Shown here: piece after piece, positions 18,500 to 27,986 of the stretch
Numbering within the stretch: the stretch's first letter is position 1
Layout of the letters: each line of letters starts with the position of its first letter
DNA from: Candidatus Micrarchaeia archaeon
GTDB taxonomy: Archaea > Micrarchaeota > Micrarchaeia > Anstonellales > Bilamarchaeaceae
DNA length: 64,000 bases
Direction: 5' to 3'
NCBI GenBank assembly: GCA_041653635.1
Contig: JBAZFC010000001.1
Span: 902,969-966,968 of the forward strand
Notes under the pieces: model-generated
What the model was told of the DNA's origin: nothing
The model's database searches: none
Seen by the model: only the letters and a program-made list of their open reading frames with translations
Made by a program: the position numbers and the translations under genes

Positions 18500-18639
18500 G
18501 CGCCTATTTCCGCAAAAAGGAATTAAAAGGGAACGCGCGCCCGCGTTCGGAAAGCGGCAAAAGGCACGAGAGCGGCTAATTTCATTTAAAAGTGTTTTCG
18601 TTTAAAGAAGAACGCTTTTGATTTTGGGTGGGTGTTCTG

Positions 18640-20712
18640 ATGGTCGAGAAGGTAAGGAAGAGGGATGGGTCGGTTGTTCCTTTTGATGCGAACAAGGTTG
18701 AGGGTGCGATCTGGAAGTCCGCGGTTTCCGTGGGCGGCAAGGACAAGGAGAAGGCCTCCGCAATCGCCAAAAAAGTCGTGAAGGAGATAGAGAAGAAATT
18801 TGACGGAAAAATACCTTCCGTGGAAGACGTGCAGGACATAGTGGAGAAGGTGCTCATAGAAGAGGGGCATGCCGCGACCGCGAAGGCATACATACTTTAC
18901 AGGCAGAGGAAGGCGCTCCAGCGCGACATGAAAAAAATCCTGGGCGTGCAGGACGACCTCAAGCTCTCCATGAACTCCATCCAGGTGCTGCAGAGGAGGT
19001 ACCTCATAAAGGACGAGCTGGGCAGCGTGAAGGAGACGCCGAGCCAGCTGTTCAGGAGGGTGGCCAGGTATATCGCCTCCGGGGAGGCGAGGTTTGACGG
19101 CGACGACGAAACGGTAAAATTTTATGAGAATGCATTCTACGAGATAATGACAAACTTTGAGTTCCTGCCCAACTCCCCGACGCTCATGAACGCGGGTACG
19201 AACATAGGGCAGCTATCCGCATGCTTCATCCTTGGGATTGGGGATTCGCTGGAAGACATATTTGATTCAATCAAATACTCGGCGCTCATACACCAGAGCG
19301 GCGGGGGGACGGGATTCTGCTTCTCGCACCTGCGCCCTAAAGGGGATTTCGTCAAATCCACGGCGGGAGTCGCCTCCGGCCCGATTTCCTTCATGACCGT
19401 GTTTGACCATGCGACGAATGTGATTAAGCAGGGCGGCAAAAGGAGGGGCGCGAACATGGGCGTGCTGCACGTGTGGCACCCGGATATAGAGGACTTCATC
19501 AGCGTGAAGCAGACGCCGGGGGTGCTGGAGAACTTCAACATCAGCGTGGGCGTGGACGACGCGTTCATGAAGGCGGTGGAGCACGACGAGGAATATGCGC
19601 TCGTGAACCCGCGCACGAAGGAGCCGGCACGCAGGATAAACGCCAAGGGGCTGTTCAAGCTCATCGCATACAGCGCATGGAAGTCCGCGGAGCCCGGAGT
19701 CCTTTTCATGGACACGATAAACAGGGCGAACCCCACCCCGAAATACATAATAAACGCTACGAACCCATGCGGCGAGGTCCCGATGCCCGACTTTGAAGCG
19801 TGCAACCTTGGCAGCATAAACCTTTCCAAATTTGTGGAATTGGATTGGAGCAAGGGAGACTGGAAGAAGAAGGTTAATTGGGACAGGCTCAGGCACGTGG
19901 TGCGCCTTGCGCTGCAGTTCCTGGACAACGTCGTGGAATTGAACAACTACCCATTGCCGCAGATAAGGGAGATGAGCTTAAGGCACAGGAGGGTGGGGCT
20001 CGGAGTGATGGGCTTCTCCAGGATGCTCTTCAAGATAGGGCTGAAATACGACAGTCCAAAGGGGCTTGAGGCGGGCGAAGAGATAATGAAATTCATAACC
20101 ACCGAGGCGCGCAAGATGAGCCACGAGCTGGGCAGGGCGAGGGGCTCGTTCCCCGAGTTCGCTAACAGCACGTGGGCGAAGGAGTACGACGCGATGAGGA
20201 ACGCCACGGTCACGTCCATCGCGCCGACGGGGACAATCTCCATGATTGCGGAGACCTCCAGCGGCATAGAGCCCGCGTTCGCGCTTGCGTACATAAAGAA
20301 CGTGATGGACGGGACCAAGCTTTTCTATTCGGACGACGTGTTCGAGCAGGTGCTGAAAGTCAGGGGATTGTACAGCGCGGAGATAATGAAAAAGATAATC
20401 ACCAGGGGCAGCCTGAAGGAAATAGAGGAAATCCCGCAGGACATTAAGGATATATTTGTTATCTCATATGATATATCCACGGAGGGGCACATAAAGATGC
20501 AGGCCGCGTTCCAGAAATGGACCGACCTGGCGGTCAGCAAGACCATCAACATGCCCTCTACCGCGTCCGTGGAGGACGTGGAGAACGCATACATGCTTGC
20601 GTGGAAGCTCGGGTGCAAGGGAGTGACGGTCTATAGGGACAAGAGCAGGAGCGAGCAGGTGCTGAGCGTTCCGGCGGAGGGCGGCGAGAGCCGCGAGAAC
20701 AAGGAGGCGTAA
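18640..20712 (+). CDS. nrdJ: class II (adenosylcobalamin-dependent) ribonucleotide reductase with N-terminal ATP-cone
   Basis: ATP-cone 'VRKRDGSVVPFDANKV', then 'LPNSPTLMNAGT..GQLSACF', 'GGGTGFCFSHLRPKGD', 'NPCGEVP' and 'SKTINMP'. ATG at 18640 follows GGGTGGGTG; an alternative GTG lies at 18628. Confidence 0.9.
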   Translation: MVEKVRKRDGSVVPFDANKVEGAIWKSAVSVGGKDKEKASAIAKKVVKEIEKKFDGKIPSVEDVQDIVEKVLIEEGHAATAKAYILYRQRKALQRDMKKILGVQDDLKLSMNSIQVLQRRYLIKDELGSVKETPSQLFRRVARYIASGEARFDGDDETVKFYENAFYEIMTNFEFLPNSPTLMNAGTNIGQLSACFILGIGDSLEDIFDSIKYSALIHQSGGGTGFCFSHLRPKGDFVKSTAGVASGPISFMTVFDHATNVIKQGGKRRGANMGVLHVWHPDIEDFISVKQTPGVLENFNISVGVDDAFMKAVEHDEEYALVNPRTKEPARRINAKGLFKLIAYSAWKSAEPGVLFMDTINRANPTPKYIINATNPCGEVPMPDFEACNLGSINLSKFVELDWSKGDWKKKVNWDRLRHVVRLALQFLDNVVELNNYPLPQIREMSLRHRRVGLGVMGFSRMLFKIGLKYDSPKGLEAGEEIMKFITTEARKMSHELGRARGSFPEFANSTWAKEYDAMRNATVTSIAPTGTISMIAETSSGIEPAFALAYIKNVMDGTKLFYSDDVFEQVLKVRGLYSAEIMKKIITRGSLKEIEEIPQDIKDIFVISYDISTEGHIKMQAAFQKWTDLAVSKTINMPSTASVEDVENAYMLAWKLGCKGVTVYRDKSRSEQVLSVPAEGGESRENKEA

Positions 20713-20733
20713 GCGAAATAGGGGTTGGAAGTT

Positions 20734-21843
20734 ATGAAGACGACACTGAGCATCATAAAGGCGGATGTGGGGAGCTATTGCGGGCACCAACTGTGCCACC
20801 CGGCGATAATGGACATAGCGCGCGAGATGCTGGGCAAGGCGAAGAAGAACGGGAAGATAATAGATTATTATGTGGCGAACTGCGGCGACGACCTTGACCT
20901 CATCATGACGAGCGACAAGGGGGTAGATAACAAGGAAGTGCACTCGCTCGCGTGGGACGTCTTTATGGAGGGGACGAAGAAGGCGAAGTCCCTCAAATTG
21001 TACGGCGCTGGGCAGGACATGCTCTCCGACGCCTTTTCGGGCAACGTGAAGGGCATGGGGCCAGGAAGCGCGGAGATGGAATTTGTAGAGAGGGGCGCGG
21101 AGCCGGTGATGTGCTTCCTCATGGACAAGACCGAGCCGGGCGCGTTCAATTTGCCCATTTTCAGGATGTTCGGCGACCCCTTCTCAACTGCGGGATTGGT
21201 GGTTGACCCGAACATGCAGGGCGGCTTCACGTTTGAGGTTTATGACGTGATTGGGCACAAGAAAGTGATGATGAAGAGCCCGGAGGAACTCTATAGCCTG
21301 CTTGCGCTCATAGGCGCGAAAAGCAGGTATGTAATCAAGAGGGTCTATCCCGGCCCGGGGAACAAGGTTCCGGAAACAGAGGCAGCAGCGGTCGTGAGCA
21401 CGGACAAGCTGCACCAGATTGCCGGGGAATACGTGGGCAAGGACGACCCGGTCGCGATAGTGCGGGGGCAGAGTGGGCTTCCGGCAGTGGGCGAGATAGT
21501 GGAGCCGTTCGCGTTCCCCCATCTGGTTTCCGGATGGATGAGGGGCTCCCACAACGGGCCGATAATGCCCGTGGGCATGAAGGACGCCATCTGTACGAGG
21601 TTTGACGGCCCGCCGCGCGTGGTGGCTCTGGGCTTCCAGCTCAACAACGGGCAGCTGGTAGGGCCGGTTGATGCATTCGCGGACATCGCATTCGACCATG
21701 CGAGGCGGAAGGCGCTCAAGGTTGCGGATTACATGAGGAGGCACGGGCCGTTTGAACCGCACCGCCTCAGCCCCGAGGACATGGAATACACCACGCTCCC
21801 GAAGGTGCTGAAGAAACTGGAGAGCAGGTTCCAGAATATCTGA
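20734..21843 (+). CDS. fbp: bifunctional fructose-1,6-bisphosphate aldolase/phosphatase (class V FBPase)
   Basis: 'MKTTLSIIKADVGS', 'GDDLDLIMT', 'GAGQDMLSDAFSGNVKGMGPG' and ~370-aa length match the archaeal FBPA/P family. Confidence 0.92.
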   Translation: MKTTLSIIKADVGSYCGHQLCHPAIMDIAREMLGKAKKNGKIIDYYVANCGDDLDLIMTSDKGVDNKEVHSLAWDVFMEGTKKAKSLKLYGAGQDMLSDAFSGNVKGMGPGSAEMEFVERGAEPVMCFLMDKTEPGAFNLPIFRMFGDPFSTAGLVVDPNMQGGFTFEVYDVIGHKKVMMKSPEELYSLLALIGAKSRYVIKRVYPGPGNKVPETEAAAVVSTDKLHQIAGEYVGKDDPVAIVRGQSGLPAVGEIVEPFAFPHLVSGWMRGSHNGPIMPVGMKDAICTRFDGPPRVVALGFQLNNGQLVGPVDAFADIAFDHARRKALKVADYMRRHGPFEPHRLSPEDMEYTTLPKVLKKLESRFQNI

Positions 21844-21890
21844 AGGGCCCCGCTCCTCCCTTTTTATACTTTTTCTTTCCTTTAGTATGC

Positions 21891-22235
21891 ATGGCGGCCA
21901 ACGAGAAGGTGTTCTGGTATTCATTGCTTGCAAGCTTCATCGTCATACTGATGCTTGGGTTCGCAAACCCCGCGATGTTCGCGCAGGGCTCAAACGAGAC
22001 CGTTTATCTGATTAAAATCAAGTCCTTCGGCTTCGTGCCGACGTTCATGGTCGTGAATTCAGGCAGCACCGTGACCTGGACCAACCAGGCGGGGGCCTCG
22101 CAAATCCTTAGCATGGAGGGCACCTTCGGCCAGCAGGAGCTCGGGCCGGGCATGAACTGGAGCTACAAGTTCAACCGGCCGGGAGTGTATGAATACAGGA
22201 CCACGGAGTTCGTGGGGATACTCGTCGTGGACTGA
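21891..22235 (+). CDS. cupredoxin-fold protein lacking type-1 copper ligands
   Basis: Aligns by eye to the cupredoxin domain of 26678-27208 ('F.FVP....V..GSTV.W.N' ... 'PG.YEY'). The His/Cys/His/Met ligand positions are Gln/Thr/-/-. Confidence 0.5.
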   Translation: MAANEKVFWYSLLASFIVILMLGFANPAMFAQGSNETVYLIKIKSFGFVPTFMVVNSGSTVTWTNQAGASQILSMEGTFGQQELGPGMNWSYKFNRPGVYEYRTTEFVGILVVD

Positions 22236-22323
22236 AAGCCGCCCGGATCCTGCTTTTATCCGCCTGCAGCACGGAAAGCAAATCTTAATAACATTATTGC
22301 AGTAAAGAGGGGCGGGTGAGGAA

Positions 22324-22968
22324 ATGGCAGGAATCTCGGTAATGCTTGGAGTCAAGGACATGAGGAAATCCGTGGAATTCTACGAGAACATGCTCGGCTT
22401 CTCGGCAAAGCTGGTGATGCCGAACAAGGAATTCCCGAAATATGCGAACTTCAGCAGGTTCGGCGCGGTCTTCATGCTGCAGCCCCTCGGGAACATGAGG
22501 GACGGGCTCATAGAGAATTTCAGGTTCGCGAAGGAGACCGAGCCCGGGGTGGGCGCGGTCCATTATGTGGAATTCCCCCAATACGAGGACATGGATGCGT
22601 ATTATGCGGAACTTAAGGGCAGGGGCGTGGCAATAGTCAAGGACATCACCGACAGGTCGTGGGGCGCGAAGGACTTCATGGTCGCGGACCCGGACGGCCA
22701 CCTGATTTCATTCACCAGGCCGGATGCTGATGGCGCCAGGTGCTTCTCGTGCGGGATGCCCATTCCGCACCCGCAGGACCACGCAATCGGGAATCCGGGC
22801 ATACCTTATTGCGTACATTGCACGGACGAAAAGGGGTCGCTCAAGCCCTTTGAGCTCGTCCTGGGGGGCAGCAAGAAGCTGCTCATCTCCCAAGGGACCC
22901 CGGAGACCGAGGCAGAGGCGAAGGCAAGGGAATACCTTATCCGGATGCCTGCCTGGAAGGAGCACTGA
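22324..22968 (+). CDS. VOC (glyoxalase/bleomycin-resistance) domain protein fused to a C-terminal zinc-ribbon domain
   Basis: 'GVKDMRKSVEFYENMLGF' and 'DFMVADPDGHLISF' form a VOC fold. 'CFSCGMP......IPYCVHCTDEKG' resembles the 'putative zinc ribbon' domain. Confidence 0.7.
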   Translation: MAGISVMLGVKDMRKSVEFYENMLGFSAKLVMPNKEFPKYANFSRFGAVFMLQPLGNMRDGLIENFRFAKETEPGVGAVHYVEFPQYEDMDAYYAELKGRGVAIVKDITDRSWGAKDFMVADPDGHLISFTRPDADGARCFSCGMPIPHPQDHAIGNPGIPYCVHCTDEKGSLKPFELVLGGSKKLLISQGTPETEAEAKAREYLIRMPAWKEH

Positions 22969-23027
22969 CTGCTGCGGTTTTCAGTCCGGTGCCCTGATCT
23001 AATCCATTGCTCTAGTTGTAAAACTGC

Positions 23028-23078
23028 AAAAGTAAAGAAAAATTAAAAATAAGGGGGGAAACCCTGCTCAGGGTTTCC
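23028..23078 (-). terminator. hairpin plus T-tract terminator-like element after the beta-helix surface protein gene
   Basis: Minus strand GGAAACCCTGAGCAGGGTTTCC (9-10 bp stem overlapping the stop codon), followed by CCCCTTATTTTTAATTTTTCTTTACTTTT. Confidence 0.5.
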
Positions 23079-26000
23079 TCACGAAGAGCCACCATACGAC
23101 GGCGGCACCAAGGATTACCGCGACCACCACAAGCGCCCAGGGCGTGCCAGCCGTCTCGGTGGTGGACGATGGCATGCTTATTGTTCCCGCCCCCGCAGGG
23201 ACTTCGGTCTCCCTCGGCTGCTGCACGCAGTTATAGTTCGTGCATGCGTAGCCCACGCCGCAATCCCCGTCCGCGCAGCAGTTGAAGCCAACCCATGCGT
23301 GGTTCACGTACTCGCCGCAGGCGCCCGCCTGGACGATTACGCAGCTCCCTCCGCTGCACGCCTCGTTGTAGGCGCAGTCAGCATCAGCCGTGCATCCTCC
23401 CGCGGGCTGTCCGGTCCCTGTGGGGGTTTCCGGAGCAGGTTCGGGTTCCTCCTCAACTTCAATCACGCATATTCCTGCCGTGCACACCCTCCCCACGGCG
23501 CAGTCCGCATCGGAAATGCACACGGGGGCTGTTGCCGCCGCGGAAACTATGAACCTTGCCTCCTCCTCGCTATAGCCGGTTTTTGTCGCGGTTGCCTTGT
23601 ACGAGCCGGCAAAGGCAGGTGTGAAAGTCACTTCACCTTGGGAGTTCGTGTTCCCGATGTCCTCCACCTGGAGGATGCCGTTCAGCCAATAGAACACCTT
23701 CACGTTCGCGCCGCTCAACGGGGTGGTGCCGGCCATCACGGTCAATGTGACGTCCCCGCCGACCGCCGTGTCGCCGCTTACTGCCATGTCCATCGTGCTG
23801 CTTCCGCCGGTGGACGGTATGGCCCCGGACGCGGTGTATCCGGAGAAGGAGTACACCCGGAAGGAAGCCACGTTGCCCGTGCAGGCCTGCGTAGTCGGCG
23901 TAAATACGTCACCCCCGGTTATTATCTCGTCCTGTGTCTGCGGGAAGCCGCTCATGTTGTAATAACGCAGTGCCGAGCAGCTGTTCTTCGGCCGGATATA
24001 TGCGGTTGCCGAGACATTGAGCGCGGAAACATTTGCGTCGCTGATGTTCATGGACACGAACCCCCGGTCCAGGAGAAGATTATCCGTGTCCGCGACCGTG
24101 GTTACGTTTATGTAGATGGTTTCGTAAAGGAGGCCGTAGGAGTTATCATATCCCAACCAAAGGTCCGTGGCGTTTATGGACGAGTTTTCATCCGAGGTGA
24201 TGTACGCGCCGCAGCCCCACATCCGGAAGTTGTCCAATGACACGTTGCCCGGGGAAACGTCCAGGCACGAGACGGAATTATCGTACGAGGTTGCATCCGA
24301 AATCGTGGCATTCCCATAGTCGTCAAACTCGTAGCCGAAAAGGTTGCCGTAAGAGACGGTGCCGACCAGGGTGGCGTTGGTTGAATTGTCTATAAGGAAT
24401 CCCATGATTGCACCGGAAACGGTATCAGAGGTTACCGTGTTATTGGCGCTCTCGTCCGCGATGGCGTAACCTACGAGATGCGTGCCGGTGACCGTATTGC
24501 CCGAAAAGTCGGAGTTGGACGTAGTTTCCACGAACATGCCGACGCCCACAATTGAAACGGCGTGCAGGGAGTTTCCGGTGATATTGCCCCCGGTGGAATT
24601 GTAGAGGTACACCTGCCAGGCCGAGTTGTCCGTAAGCACGTTGGAATCAAGCGTCATGTTCGTAGAGGTCATGACCCAGAATCCCAGCGAGTTGTTTATC
24701 AGGTTGTTCCCGGTCGCGGTAAAGCCGTTGGACCAGTCCACTATGATGGCGACCGTGTTGTTGTGCATGGTGTTGGTGGTGGCACTTGCGGACGAGCTGT
24801 TGTAGAGGTCCACGGCGGCATATGCGCTCAGGTGGTTGTAGATGATATTGCTGTCCATCCCCACGGGGCCGGAGTCAAATATCAGCACGCCGCTTGCCGC
24901 GTTGTCATGGACGCGGTTGTTGCTGAAAACCGCATCGGCGGAGGTCAGCCCCACCGCGGTCAGGTTCGTGCTCTCGTTGAATATGTTCCCGTATATGTAC
25001 AGGGCGGAGGACTGGTAATCCAGCAGCCCGACGCCGTTCGTGGTGAAGCCGTTGTCCGTGACGTTCGTCAGGTTCGTCGTGTCCATGTGAAGGCCGTTCT
25101 CGTTGGTGTCAAAGCTGTTGTTGTCAATCCTGCCGAAGGCACTGGAAGTGAGGTACAGGGCAGCCGCGCTTACGTTTCCGTTGCCGTAGAAGGAGTTGCC
25201 CTGTATGTTTGAGCTGTTGCTGTATGCCAGCCTGGCGCCGTATGCGAGATTGTCCGCCACGGCGTTTCCGGTCAGGACCAGGGAATATGCGCTTATCACC
25301 GACACGCCGTCCGTCTGGTTGGCGACCATGTTGTCCGTGACCACTATCCCGATGCTGTCTGTGAGCAGGCTGACGGCCAGGGAAAGGCCGGTGCCGTTGT
25401 TGCTGTTGATGATGTTTCCGTCAAAGGTGACGTTCTCAAGGTCCACGGCCCCGACGCCCACCGGCACACCGGTCCCCGCCGCGCGGTTCACGTTGTCGCT
25501 TATGTTGTTCATGCTGAACAGGCCGTTGGTGACCTCGGCGAGCAGCATGCCTCCGAACCCTGTTGTGCTCGCGTCGTAGCCGTTGCCCTCAAGGAGGTTG
25601 TTATCAAAAAGGATGTCATTGCAATAGAGAATGGCTACGCCGTACCCATGGGAGCTGGTGGAGAACTGGTTGTCCCTCACCTCGTTGCCCGTTATCTCCG
25701 TGTTGTTGACCTTAGTGAGGGAGAGGCCGGTGCCGTTGTTGTTCGCGAGTACGTTGTTCCGCACCTCGCCGCCAGTGGAGTTGTGAAGGGCGATGCCCGC
25801 TGCGGTCGCGTAGGTATCGGAATAATTAAAGCTCCAGTTGACCGTGTTGTCCAGCAGGTCCACATTACTGTTCCACCCGTAGGCGGTTACGTTGACGAAT
25901 ATGCCGCCCATCCACGGCCGGAGGATGGTGTTGTTGCTGAACTCCGTGTTCAGCAGGTCGTAGCCCTCCACGCCGTAGGTGCCGCAGGATGTGAGGTTGT

Positions 26001-26613
26001 TGTGCTGCACCTCCAGGTTGTCCTGCGTGTCCAGCGTGATGCAGGTTCTGTTATCTGAGTTAAAAACGTTGTATGTTGCGGAGCTGTGGTTGTTCTCGGA
26101 CATGAGCAGTCCATAGGTGTTGTTTGTGAAGGTGTTGCCCGAGGCTTCCGCATAATTCCCCTCCAGGGCGAGCCCCTGGAAGTTCCTTTCAAAAGTGCTG
26201 TCCGTCACGGACGCATTCTCGCCTGCCACGTAGATGCCGTAGAGGCTGCTGTTGTGGAACAGGCTGTTCTGCACCGTGAGCCCGTCCACGCCGTTCGTGA
26301 TGCCTTCAATCCCATAAGTGAAATTGTAAATCCCGCAGTTCTGTATGGTTATGTTGTGCAGCCCCGTATTGTTTATGTAGAATGCGTTGAGCGAAGCGTT
26401 CCCGGTGATGTTGTAAAGGGTGCCGGTGACGTTGCAGTCAATCAGCAGGTTGGAAACGGAGATGTTCACGCAGTTGCTGCCCACGCTCCCGTTCAGGTCG
26501 CTCGTCGGCCTGTATGTGCCGGACGCCGATATCTCGGCATCGCACTGCAGCGAAACGGCGAAAGAAAGCCCGGCCAAAACAATCAGAACAAGGAAAACGC
26601 CCGAATATTTCAT
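23068..26613 (-). CDS. giant right-handed parallel beta-helix (PbH1/NosD-like) surface protein with Cys-knot stalk and TM anchor
   Basis: ~1181 aa from MKYSGVFLVL (signal peptide). It has long arrays of ~22-aa 'N.(I/V/L)..N....G(I/L)' coils, many N-x-S/T sequons, C-terminal 'CISDADCAVGRVCTAGICV' and 'CTADADCAYNEACSGGSCV' modules, and a final TM helix. The ORF track's Pro-rich extension to 26928 is rejected. Confidence 0.8.
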   Translation of the reverse strand: MKYSGVFLVLIVLAGLSFAVSLQCDAEISASGTYRPTSDLNGSVGSNCVNISVSNLLIDCNVTGTLYNITGNASLNAFYINNTGLHNITIQNCGIYNFTYGIEGITNGVDGLTVQNSLFHNSSLYGIYVAGENASVTDSTFERNFQGLALEGNYAEASGNTFTNNTYGLLMSENNHSSATYNVFNSDNRTCITLDTQDNLEVQHNNLTSCGTYGVEGYDLLNTEFSNNTILRPWMGGIFVNVTAYGWNSNVDLLDNTVNWSFNYSDTYATAAGIALHNSTGGEVRNNVLANNNGTGLSLTKVNNTEITGNEVRDNQFSTSSHGYGVAILYCNDILFDNNLLEGNGYDASTTGFGGMLLAEVTNGLFSMNNISDNVNRAAGTGVPVGVGAVDLENVTFDGNIINSNNGTGLSLAVSLLTDSIGIVVTDNMVANQTDGVSVISAYSLVLTGNAVADNLAYGARLAYSNSSNIQGNSFYGNGNVSAAALYLTSSAFGRIDNNSFDTNENGLHMDTTNLTNVTDNGFTTNGVGLLDYQSSALYIYGNIFNESTNLTAVGLTSADAVFSNNRVHDNAASGVLIFDSGPVGMDSNIIYNHLSAYAAVDLYNSSSASATTNTMHNNTVAIIVDWSNGFTATGNNLINNSLGFWVMTSTNMTLDSNVLTDNSAWQVYLYNSTGGNITGNSLHAVSIVGVGMFVETTSNSDFSGNTVTGTHLVGYAIADESANNTVTSDTVSGAIMGFLIDNSTNATLVGTVSYGNLFGYEFDDYGNATISDATSYDNSVSCLDVSPGNVSLDNFRMWGCGAYITSDENSSINATDLWLGYDNSYGLLYETIYINVTTVADTDNLLLDRGFVSMNISDANVSALNVSATAYIRPKNSCSALRYYNMSGFPQTQDEIITGGDVFTPTTQACTGNVASFRVYSFSGYTASGAIPSTGGSSTMDMAVSGDTAVGGDVTLTVMAGTTPLSGANVKVFYWLNGILQVEDIGNTNSQGEVTFTPAFAGSYKATATKTGYSEEEARFIVSAAATAPVCISDADCAVGRVCTAGICVIEVEEEPEPAPETPTGTGQPAGGCTADADCAYNEACSGGSCVIVQAGACGEYVNHAWVGFNCCADGDCGVGYACTNYNCVQQPRETEVPAGAGTISMPSSTTETAGTPWALVVVAVILGAAVVWWLFVRKP

Positions 26614-26677
26614 GTGCAAAAATACAAAGATAAAATTTATAAAGAGGAATGTGGTTGATTTGGCAAGAGGGGATGAC

Positions 26678-27208
26678 ATGAAAATCTTGATTGCTTTGTT
26701 GGCTTTGGGAATTTTGCTGTTCGGCTGTGCACAGCAGCCGGAAACCGCGGCACCTGGGACCGGGGGCGCCACTGGCGGAAGCGGCGGCGCAGGCGGAAGC
26801 ACCGGGGGCAGCGGAGGGCAGGTCGTTGATGTCGGCGAAACTACCGGCGGAACGGGAGGCGGAAGCACCGGCTCCGGGGAAACCGGCGGCGGGGAAACCG
26901 GAACAGGCGGCAGCGGAGGCGGAATCATAGGGGTTGAGACGCCCGCCAGCGAGGGCGACGTTACCGTTTACATAAGGGATTTCCAGTTCGTGCCGGAAAC
27001 CGTGACCGTGAAGCAGGGGAGCACCGTCTTCTGGGTTAACGAGGACAACGTGCCGCACGCGGTCAGGATGATTGGCGTGATAGACTCGCCTTACCTCGCG
27101 AAGGACGGCGCGCCTTTCTGGCACACCTTCACCGAGAGGCCGGGAACCTACGAGTATTCCTGCAGCATACACCTGTCCATGCACGGGACAGTGATTGTGA
27201 CGGAATGA
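26678..27208 (+). CDS. blue-copper (amicyanin/plastocyanin-like cupredoxin) lipoprotein
   Basis: Lipobox 'LLFGCAQQ', a Gly/Ser/Thr linker, and a cupredoxin domain with ligand pattern 'VPHAV' ... 'YSCSIHLSM' (C-x2-H-x2-M). GAGGGG lies 6 nt before the ATG. Confidence 0.75.
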   Translation: MKILIALLALGILLFGCAQQPETAAPGTGGATGGSGGAGGSTGGSGGQVVDVGETTGGTGGGSTGSGETGGGETGTGGSGGGIIGVETPASEGDVTVYIRDFQFVPETVTVKQGSTVFWVNEDNVPHAVRMIGVIDSPYLAKDGAPFWHTFTERPGTYEYSCSIHLSMHGTVIVTE

Positions 27209-27212
27209 GAAG

Positions 27213-27446
27213 ATGGCAATTCCGCTAGGCTATGTACCGGCGTTCGGGTTCCCGATTGTATTCTGGACGGGCATCCTCGCCGGGCTTTTCATTTTTGCCG
27301 CGGGGACGGTGATGACACTCACTTTCCACACCAAATATAAATTCCCGGTTGATGTGCACCACAAGCTCGCATTCATCGGGCTTGCGCTGGCTATTATACA
27401 TATAATATTGGGGCTTTCCATTTACGTGTTCCCAATCTACGTTTAA
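27213..27446 (+). CDS. small 2-TM His-containing membrane protein coupled to the cupredoxin gene
   Basis: 77-aa ORF starting 4 nt after the cupredoxin stop. Histidines ('VHHKLAF...AIIHIILG') sit in or near the second TM helix. Confidence 0.5.
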   Translation: MAIPLGYVPAFGFPIVFWTGILAGLFIFAAGTVMTLTFHTKYKFPVDVHHKLAFIGLALAIIHIILGLSIYVFPIYV

Positions 27447-27453
27447 TCCGCAC

Positions 27454-27939
27454 CTATTTCTTCTTTTCCCCGGCGTCCACCTGGTCAGCCCATTGGGAGA
27501 GCCGCAGCTCGCTCCTCGCAATCGCAGCATCGGACTCAAAACCCGCCTCCTCAAGAATTTGCGCGGCGTCCTCAATCTTTCCGGCCCCCTGCGCCATATT
27601 TGCGATGCGCTTCGCGCACAACGCCCATCCCGGCTCACCGGTCGCCTTGTACAATGCGATTATGACGCGGGCCGCCTTCAGGATGTTGCTTTCCCCTTCC
27701 GCGCCCTTGGCATCCTCCGGCGCCGTGAGAAGTATTCTTGCCATCCTCAACGCCGCGGTCTGCCTCCCGGCCTCCGCGTATTTTACGCCAGCGTTGGCTA
27801 AGTCGCATATTTCCGCATATGCCATGGCCATGCCCCATTCCCTGGTGCGGCGTATCGCCTCGGCAAAGCCGTATTTCGGCTTGGGGCATCCGCCGAGCAT
27901 TTCCGCCACGGCTGCGGCTGAAATATGTCTGGATTTCAT
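27454..27939 (-). CDS. hypothetical all-helical protein
   Basis: 161-aa Ala-rich ORF with no recognised motif. It is the last gene of the minus-strand trio 28362->27454. Confidence 0.45.
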   Translation of the reverse strand: MKSRHISAAAVAEMLGGCPKPKYGFAEAIRRTREWGMAMAYAEICDLANAGVKYAEAGRQTAALRMARILLTAPEDAKGAEGESNILKAARVIIALYKATGEPGWALCAKRIANMAQGAGKIEDAAQILEEAGFESDAAIARSELRLSQWADQVDAGEKKK

Positions 27940-27986
27940 GGTAGGTCACCTGTAATATTATATGTGGCAAAACAAATAAAAATGAG

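Noticed and set aside
18500-18639. Possible cobalamin riboswitch or regulatory leader upstream of the B12-dependent RNR
   Set aside because: Only one short hairpin (GAACGCG-CGCC-CGCGTTC) is present. There is no B12-box-like element and the region is too short. It is also the shared divergent promoter region with the 60-aa zinc-ribbon gene.
21184-21933. 249-aa minus-strand ORF
   Set aside because: It is antisense to the unmistakable FBP aldolase/phosphatase gene.
26614-26928. Pro-rich N-terminal extension (MIPPPLPPVPVSPPP...) of the beta-helix protein ORF
   Set aside because: It is the reverse complement of the Gly-rich linker of the plus-strand cupredoxin lipoprotein. A proper signal peptide begins at the internal Met (26613).
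26740-26930. Short tandem nucleotide repeats (ggcgg/accgg units) that might suggest a repeat array
   Set aside because: They encode the Gly/Ser/Thr low-complexity linker of a lipoprotein. There is no repeat-spacer periodicity, so this is not a CRISPR array.
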